Position numbers and translations under genes: made by a program
Source of the DNA: Candidatus Spongiisociaceae bacterium
GTDB lineage: Bacteria; Actinomycetota; Acidimicrobiia; Spongiisociales; Spongiisociaceae
Length of the DNA stretch: 64,000 nt
Assembly (NCBI GenBank): GCA_965202665.1
Contig: OZ241841.1
Location: 2,560,001-2,624,000 of the forward strand
Direction: 5' to 3'
Shown here: positions 58,142 through 64,000 of the stretch, piece by piece
How the letters are laid out: each line of letters opens with the position of its first letter
Position numbering within the stretch: position 1 is the first letter of the stretch
Notes under the pieces: generated by a model
The model's input: the letters and a program-made list of their open reading frames with translations, nothing else
Database searches by the model: none
What the model was told of the DNA's origin: nothing

Positions 58142-59967
58142 AACGACCGGCCCGCGCCGAAGTGCCCGACGCCCCCGGGGCCTACCTGTTCCGGGACAGG
58201 CACGGGCAGGTCAACTACGTGGGCAAAGCCAAATCGTTGCGCAACCGGGTGGCTACCTACTTCAACCGGGACATCGGCCCCCGCACCCGGGCCATGGTGG
58301 AATCCTCGGAGCGGGTGGAATGGATCATGGTGGACAACGAAGTGGAAGCTTTGATGTTGGAATATTCCCTCATACAGGAGCACCTGCCCCGCTTCAACGT
58401 TCGCTTCAGGGACGACAAAAGCTACCCTTACCTGGCTATAACCCGCTCCGAAGAGTGGCCCCGGGTGCGGGTTATGAGAGGGGCTAAAAAGAAAGGAACC
58501 CAGTATTTCGGCCCTTATGCGCACGCCTACGCCATACGCAACACCCTCGACCTCTTGTTGAGGTCTCTGCCGGTGCGCACCTGTTCCCCAAACGTGTTCC
58601 GTAGACATCAACTTAAGGGTCGGCCCTGCATTGAATACGACATTGAACGTTGCTCGGCCCCCTGCGTCGGCTTCGTGGATGCGGAAACCTACGCCGAATA
58701 CGTGGACGGGATGGCGGAAGTGCTGACCGGTTCCGCCGAAGACCTGTTGGAAAGACTGCGAATTCGCATGCTGGGCGAAGCCGACTGCTTGGAATATGAA
58801 CGGGCGGCCCGCACCCGCGACCAGATGCGGGATGTGCGCAAAGCGGTGGCCCGTCAGGAAATGGTGTCCGACCGCCCCGAAAACTTCGACCTTATGGCAA
58901 TGGTTGACGACGACCTTGAAGCGTCGGTTCAGGTGTTCCGGGTGCGCAACGGCCGGATCGTGGGAAGGCTGGGTTCCGTTATTGACAAAGTGGAGGACCT
59001 CGACAAAGGGCGGATAACGGCCGCGGTGCTGCGCGACCTGTACGGGGAAACGGCTTCCCCGCCGCCCCCTTTGGTTTTGGTGGAGGAACTCCCCCCCGGC
59101 GACGAACCCTGGGAGGGCGCCCTGTCCCGGCGGCGGGGGTCGGGGGTGAAAATCAAAGTCCCCCAGCGGGGGGCCAAAAAACGGCTGATGGCCACCGCGC
59201 AGGCCAACGCCTCCGAGGCTTTCATGCGCCACCGGTTGCGGCGGCAGTCCGATCACAACGCCCGGGCCCGCGATTTGCGCAGCCTGCAGGAGGTTCTGTC
59301 CTTGCCGGAACCTCCGCTCCGCATTGAGGCTTACGACATTTCCACCATTCAGGGTCGGCACACGGTGGCCTCCATGGTGGTGTTGGAAGACGGGCTGGCC
59401 CGGCGGGGCCATTACCGGAGGTTCCGCATCCGCACCGTGCAGGGCCAGGACGACTTTGCGGCCATGGAGGAGGTCATCCTCCGCCGATTTACCGCCTATC
59501 TGGAAGAATTGGGGAAACCGGCGGCGGAGCGGGGCAAATTTTCCTATCCGCCGTCGCTGGTGCTGATCGACGGGGGGGTCGGGCAACTGGGTAGGGCGGC
59601 GGACGCCCTCCACCGGCTGGAAATGGACATCCCGGTGATCGGGTTGGCCAAAAAGATGGAGCATGTTTTCGTGCCCGGCCAGCCGGAGCCGATCGTCATC
59701 CCCCGCGATCAGCCCGCCCTGCATCTTCTGCAACGGGTGCGGGACGAGGCGCACCGGTTCGCGTTGATGTACCACCGGCAGGTGCGGGGCAAGCGCATGA
59801 TCGACTCCATCCTGGACGAAGTGGAGGGGATCGGGCCGGTGCGCAAAAAAGCCCTCATTCGGGAGTTCGGGTCGGTGAAACGGCTGCGGGCGGCGGAAGT
59901 GGGGCGACTGGCGGAGGTGGTTCCCCGAACCGTGGCCGAAAACCTCTACTCTGTGCTGCATGAGTAG
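58138..59967 (+). CDS. uvrC: Excinuclease ABC subunit C
   Basis: GIY-YIG 'PGAYLF...YVGKAKSLRNRV', 'RIEAYDIS', 'LIDGGVGQL', 'RDEAHRFA', HhH. Confidence 0.97.
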   Translation: MKRPARAEVPDAPGAYLFRDRHGQVNYVGKAKSLRNRVATYFNRDIGPRTRAMVESSERVEWIMVDNEVEALMLEYSLIQEHLPRFNVRFRDDKSYPYLAITRSEEWPRVRVMRGAKKKGTQYFGPYAHAYAIRNTLDLLLRSLPVRTCSPNVFRRHQLKGRPCIEYDIERCSAPCVGFVDAETYAEYVDGMAEVLTGSAEDLLERLRIRMLGEADCLEYERAARTRDQMRDVRKAVARQEMVSDRPENFDLMAMVDDDLEASVQVFRVRNGRIVGRLGSVIDKVEDLDKGRITAAVLRDLYGETASPPPPLVLVEELPPGDEPWEGALSRRRGSGVKIKVPQRGAKKRLMATAQANASEAFMRHRLRRQSDHNARARDLRSLQEVLSLPEPPLRIEAYDISTIQGRHTVASMVVLEDGLARRGHYRRFRIRTVQGQDDFAAMEEVILRRFTAYLEELGKPAAERGKFSYPPSLVLIDGGVGQLGRAADALHRLEMDIPVIGLAKKMEHVFVPGQPEPIVIPRDQPALHLLQRVRDEAHRFALMYHRQVRGKRMIDSILDEVEGIGPVRKKALIREFGSVKRLRAAEVGRLAEVVPRTVAENLYSVLHE

Positions 59968-60859
59968 CGGGAAGGCGCCGGAGGGAGGGCCGCGGGCCGC
60001 CGGGGAGGCCCCCCGCCTGCTGGTGCTGACCGGCCTGTCCGGGGCGGGCCGCTCCACCGGGGCCAAAGCGCTGGAGGATCTTGGTTTTTACGTGATCGAC
60101 AACCTTCCCCCCGGCCTGCTCCGGCAGGTGGTGGATTTGGGCGACCTGCGGAGCCGGGGGGAGCATCTGGCGGTGGCGCTGGGCAGCCGCAGCGGGTATC
60201 TCATAAACGAGTTGGACGAAGCCATCTCCGAGTTGGAATCTTCCGGCATCCGGGTGACGCTGGTGTTTTTGGATGCCACCGACGACACCCTCATTCGCCG
60301 TTACGAGGAGCACCGCCGCCCCCATCCGCTGGGTTTGGCCACCCTGCCCGAATCCATCGCCGCCGAACGGGAAATGATGGAGCCGCTCCGCTCCAAAGCC
60401 GATGTGTACGTGAACACCAGCGATTTCAACGTGCATGAGTTCCGCCGGTGGCTGTCGTCGCAGTTCGCCGATTTGGAGGAGGAGCCGTCGTTGCGGGTGG
60501 CGGTCACCTCCTTCGGCTTCAAAAACGGCACGCCCCGCGACTTGGATCTGATGTTCGATGTGCGGTTCCTGCCCAACCCGTACTGGGTTCCCGAACTGCG
60601 CAACCTGATCGGAACCGACCGGCGGGTGCGGGAGCACGTGATGTCCCTGGCGGACGCCCGGGGGTTTCTGGAGCGGTTGCGGGAAATGCTGGTTTTCCTG
60701 ATTCCCCGCTACCGGCAGGAAGGCAAATCCTATGTGAGCATCGGCATCGGCTGCACCGGCGGACGCCACCGTTCAGTGGCTTTGGCCGAAGAGCTGGGGG
60801 ATTGGCTGCGGGAGCAAAACCACCACCCGGCCGTACGCCACCGCGACGCCGGCAAATAG
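59960..60859 (+). CDS. rapZ: RNase adapter RapZ / YvcJ family P-loop protein
   Basis: 'TGLSGAGRS', 'DNLP', 'SFGFK.G', 'DVRFLPNPYW', 'IGCTGGRHRSV'. Confidence 0.95.
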   Translation: MSSGKAPEGGPRAAGEAPRLLVLTGLSGAGRSTGAKALEDLGFYVIDNLPPGLLRQVVDLGDLRSRGEHLAVALGSRSGYLINELDEAISELESSGIRVTLVFLDATDDTLIRRYEEHRRPHPLGLATLPESIAAEREMMEPLRSKADVYVNTSDFNVHEFRRWLSSQFADLEEEPSLRVAVTSFGFKNGTPRDLDLMFDVRFLPNPYWVPELRNLIGTDRRVREHVMSLADARGFLERLREMLVFLIPRYRQEGKSYVSIGIGCTGGRHRSVALAEELGDWLREQNHHPAVRHRDAGK

Positions 60860-60936
60860 GCCAAACGCCCCCGCTACCGGGAAATGTCGCACCCCGGCCG
60901 CAAACTGGAGAGGGCGGAGGGTCGGGGAGCGGATTG

Positions 60937-63900
60937 TTATGAGTCTCCGCTGGCGGCGGGGGCGAGGTTGATGGCGCGGACGAAGAAGGAGGCCATCTGG
61001 GCGCGGGTTACCGGTTTGTTCGGGCAGTAGTTGAGGGGGGTGGTGGCGCAGCCTCTGGTTACGCCTCTGCCGTACATTCCTTCAATAGCCCGCACTATCG
61101 CCGGATCCAACCCCGTTGCGTCTTGGAATAGGTTTTTGGGTTCTTCCACGGATTGGAGGTGGGGGAAAGCGGCGATCATCATGATGGCCATGTCAGCCCG
61201 GGTTACCACACCGCCGGGGTTGAAGTTTCCGTCGGTGAGCGCGAAGGCGTTTACGGATACGCCCCATTCGGCGTAGGTGCGGTACCAGGCGTCGGCTGGA
61301 ACATCGCTGATTTCTATGGCCTCGGGGGTTTGGATGGTCCAGCGTTGGGAGACGGCGCGGTGGAGGAAGGCGGCCATTTGCCGTCGGGTGATTTGGGCTC
61401 CGGGGCAGTATTTGGTGGAGTCGGTGGCGTCGCAGCCCAAGGTGATTCTCCATCCGGCTATCCGTTCGATGTTGGCTTCATGGACGCTGCCGTCCTCATC
61501 GCAGAACCTTCCTTGGCATGCCGGTTCAGCGGGAGCGGGCGAGGGCGCGGCCGGGGGCGGAGCGGCAGGCGGTGGGGTGCCTCCGCCGCCGCCGCCTCCT
61601 CCTCCACCACCGCCTCCGCCGCCTCCACCTCCGCCTCCGCCCCCTCCACCGCTGGGGGCTGGGGCAGGCGCTGGGGTGGGGGTATCGTTGGCGGGGATGG
61701 TGAGTGTGAGGGTGGTGGGGGTGATGGTGAGGGTGGATGGGGTGGAGGGGGTGAGTGTGATTCGTTCAACTGGTTCTGTGGTGGTGTCGTTGAGGATGGT
61801 TATGGTGAGGTTGGGGGCTTGGGTTTGCCCGGCGGGAATGACGGCGGTCAGGCTGTTTATCCGGTAGTCGGAGTTGCGTTGGGCGTTTCCGCTGAGGCTG
61901 AAGTTGACGGTGGTATCGGTGGGGAGCGTGTTGGATCCGGCGGGTAAGCGGGTGGCGATGGTGGCGGTAGCGCCGGTGGTTTCGGCCAAGCTGTTTGCGG
62001 AGAGGCTGATTTGGATGCCGGTGGGCCGGTCGTCGTCGTCTTTGATGGTGAAGGAGGTTGGGGTGACGGTGTATCCGGCGGCGACCGTTCCGGTTATTTG
62101 CAGGGTTTCGTCTCCTTCGGCGATGTTGTCTTCGGTGGTTTGCAGGGTGAAGGTGGGGAGGGTGGCGCTGTTTTGATTGGCGGGGATGGTCAGAGAGGTG
62201 AGGGTGGGGGCGGTGTAGTCGGTTCCGGCGACGGCGTCTCCTCCGAGGGCCAGTGTTATGGTTTGGGAGGTGGTGAGGGCCGCGCCCGGGTAGGCGGCTC
62301 GCAGGGTTACGGCCGCTACTGCGTCTCCTTCGTTCACCTCGTCTGGGGTGAGGGTGAGGGTGATGGTTTCGTCGTCGATGATGGTGAGGGTGTCTTCCCT
62401 GATGGTGAAACTGGTGGGGGTTCCGCCGGCGACGGTCAACGTTTCGTTCCCTTCAAGGTTTTCGTCGTTGTACGTTCCGTCGGTTTTGAGAGTGAAGGTG
62501 CCGGTTCCGCTGGATTGGTAGGCGGGGATGTTTATGGTGAAGTCGCCCACCGTTTCGTAGTCGGTTCCCTCGGTGGCTTCCCCAGTGGCCTTACCGACCG
62601 TAATTGGCACGAGAGTGGGGGCGGAGCGGGTGACGGTTCCCTGGAAAGAAGCTTGCACCCGCACCGTGGTGTCCTCTCCGCCTTCGCGTACTTGGGTGAG
62701 CGTTGCCCCGGTGTCGTGGTTGAGGAGGGTGATGTCGATGTTAGGGGTGTCGTCGTTGTCGGTGATGGTCAGGGCGGCGTCTACGGTTGGGTAGTCGATG
62801 CTGTTGATGGTTACTTGGCTGCCGTTGATGGTTATGGTTTTGTTTGGTTCGTCTATGTTATCGTCGTTTACCGTGATAGTGATGTCAGCGTAGTTGCTGG
62901 TTTGTCCCTGGGCGATGGTGATGCCGGCGGCGTATCCGTCGGGGGTTGAGGCTGGTTTGGGGGGCAGGCTGATTCGGTAGTCTTCTTCTTCCGTCCAGGC
63001 GCTGTTGGTGTCAGCTATGGCGCTACCGGCTATGTTTAGGCCTATTACCGTTCCGCCGGTGGGGGCGTTCACCGGTAGGGTAGCGGTAACTCGTATGGTG
63101 GTGGACGCGCTGTTTTCGGCTAGCGCGGATATTGTGGAGCCGGATGCGGTTAGGGCGAGGGTGATGCCGCTGTCTACTACGTTGATGGTGTCGGTGTCGG
63201 ATTCTGATTCTCCGGCGACGGTGGCCGAGCCGGTTATTTTCACTGTTTCCACAGTTTCCGTTGTGCTGTCGTCCCGGGCGGTCAGCTGGAATGTTCCCGT
63301 ATGGCTAGTTTGCCCGCTGGGGATGGTGATAGTAAAGGAGTTCCCCGTCTGGTCGGTGCAAGCATCGTTCTGGCCGATCGCGGAGCACGACGCCGCCACC
63401 GACGCTCCGTCGGTGTCCCCGGCCGCCACTGCTACCGTCACAGCGGTGTTGGCCGCTAAAGCGGATGAGGTTGCTCCGGCGAACCCGGCGGTTACCGTAA
63501 TGTCTTGGGCAGAACCTTCCGCCACCGTCCCGGGATGGGTGGTGATTTCCAGGGCGGTGTCGCTGGCTCCGATGGTCAAAGTATCCGGAGTTACCGTCAC
63601 GTTGCTTCTTCCAGTGGCAGTGCCTGTGATGGCGAATGTTTCCGCTGGCTCGGTCACAGTGTCGTCCGTTACCGCAAGTCCTGTCAGGTTCGTCCAGGAG
63701 GCGCCCTGGGTTTGGCCGGTGGGGATGGACACCGTGACCGGCGTAGCGGGAGCGGTGAAATCTGTTCCCCCGCCTGCGGCTGATTGCGGCGATGAAACCC
63801 CGGCGGTAACGCGCACCTGCAGAGCGGATCCTAAATCGTTGGAGGTGGCGGTGGTGAACGCGGCCCGTACCCGCACCGCGGGGGTGGCTCCTTCCGACAG

Positions 63901-64000
63901 GTTTTTCTGCTCCCCGTTCATTCCGCTGTTGGTGTCCGCTGTTAACGTAACTCCCAGATCGTCGTCTGCTATCCCCAGCTCGGTTCCGCTCACTCGGAAC
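60937..64000 (-). CDS. Second giant Calx-beta-like/SLH surface protein (5' part beyond the window); paralog of 30343-35925
   Basis: Module-by-module similarity to the C-terminal half of 30343-35925; near-identical SLH region; frame open to the window edge. Confidence 0.9.
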   Translation of the reverse strand, partial: FRVSGTELGIADDDLGVTLTADTNSGMNGEQKNLSEGATPAVRVRAAFTTATSNDLGSALQVRVTAGVSSPQSAAGGGTDFTAPATPVTVSIPTGQTQGASWTNLTGLAVTDDTVTEPAETFAITGTATGRSNVTVTPDTLTIGASDTALEITTHPGTVAEGSAQDITVTAGFAGATSSALAANTAVTVAVAAGDTDGASVAASCSAIGQNDACTDQTGNSFTITIPSGQTSHTGTFQLTARDDSTTETVETVKITGSATVAGESESDTDTINVVDSGITLALTASGSTISALAENSASTTIRVTATLPVNAPTGGTVIGLNIAGSAIADTNSAWTEEEDYRISLPPKPASTPDGYAAGITIAQGQTSNYADITITVNDDNIDEPNKTITINGSQVTINSIDYPTVDAALTITDNDDTPNIDITLLNHDTGATLTQVREGGEDTTVRVQASFQGTVTRSAPTLVPITVGKATGEATEGTDYETVGDFTINIPAYQSSGTGTFTLKTDGTYNDENLEGNETLTVAGGTPTSFTIREDTLTIIDDETITLTLTPDEVNEGDAVAAVTLRAAYPGAALTTSQTITLALGGDAVAGTDYTAPTLTSLTIPANQNSATLPTFTLQTTEDNIAEGDETLQITGTVAAGYTVTPTSFTIKDDDDRPTGIQISLSANSLAETTGATATIATRLPAGSNTLPTDTTVNFSLSGNAQRNSDYRINSLTAVIPAGQTQAPNLTITILNDTTTEPVERITLTPSTPSTLTITPTTLTLTIPANDTPTPAPAPAPSGGGGGGGGGGGGGGGGGGGGGGGGTPPPAAPPPAAPSPAPAEPACQGRFCDEDGSVHEANIERIAGWRITLGCDATDSTKYCPGAQITRRQMAAFLHRAVSQRWTIQTPEAIEISDVPADAWYRTYAEWGVSVNAFALTDGNFNPGGVVTRADMAIMMIAAFPHLQSVEEPKNLFQDATGLDPAIVRAIEGMYGRGVTRGCATTPLNYCPNKPVTRAQMASFFVRAINLAPAASGDS

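Overview
This is a GC-rich bacterial chromosome segment. Gene order and SLH-protein style suggest an actinobacterium, probably Acidimicrobiia (inference). The housekeeping backbone runs sepF-yggT-divIVA, ileS, dksA-like-lspA-rluA, dnaE, thyA, nth, a trpE-ygfZ-trpCFBA operon, tRNA-Leu(CAA), polA-rpsA-coaE, uvrB and uvrA-uvrC-rapZ. Several accessory insertions interrupt it: (i) two diverged copies of an unnamed two-gene toxin/antitoxin-like cassette; (ii) two inverted paralogous giant Calx-beta-like/SLH surface-protein genes, the first with a G12 tract in its -35/-10 spacer and followed by an internally deleted coaE remnant; (iii) a DUF433/PIN toxin-antitoxin pair; (iv) a ~15 kb defence-type island between uvrB and uvrA. 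The island holds two paralogous 'small soluble protein + ~3-TM protein' modules, a DUF1883 protein, and an SNF2-nuclease/DUF1156 methylase/HEPN-DUF499 system whose methylase start is out of frame at a C12 tract. It also holds a HEPN-like gene and a DUF6338-like membrane protein followed by two paralogous 66-aa peptides. All family calls come from motif recognition by eye; no searches or computations were run.
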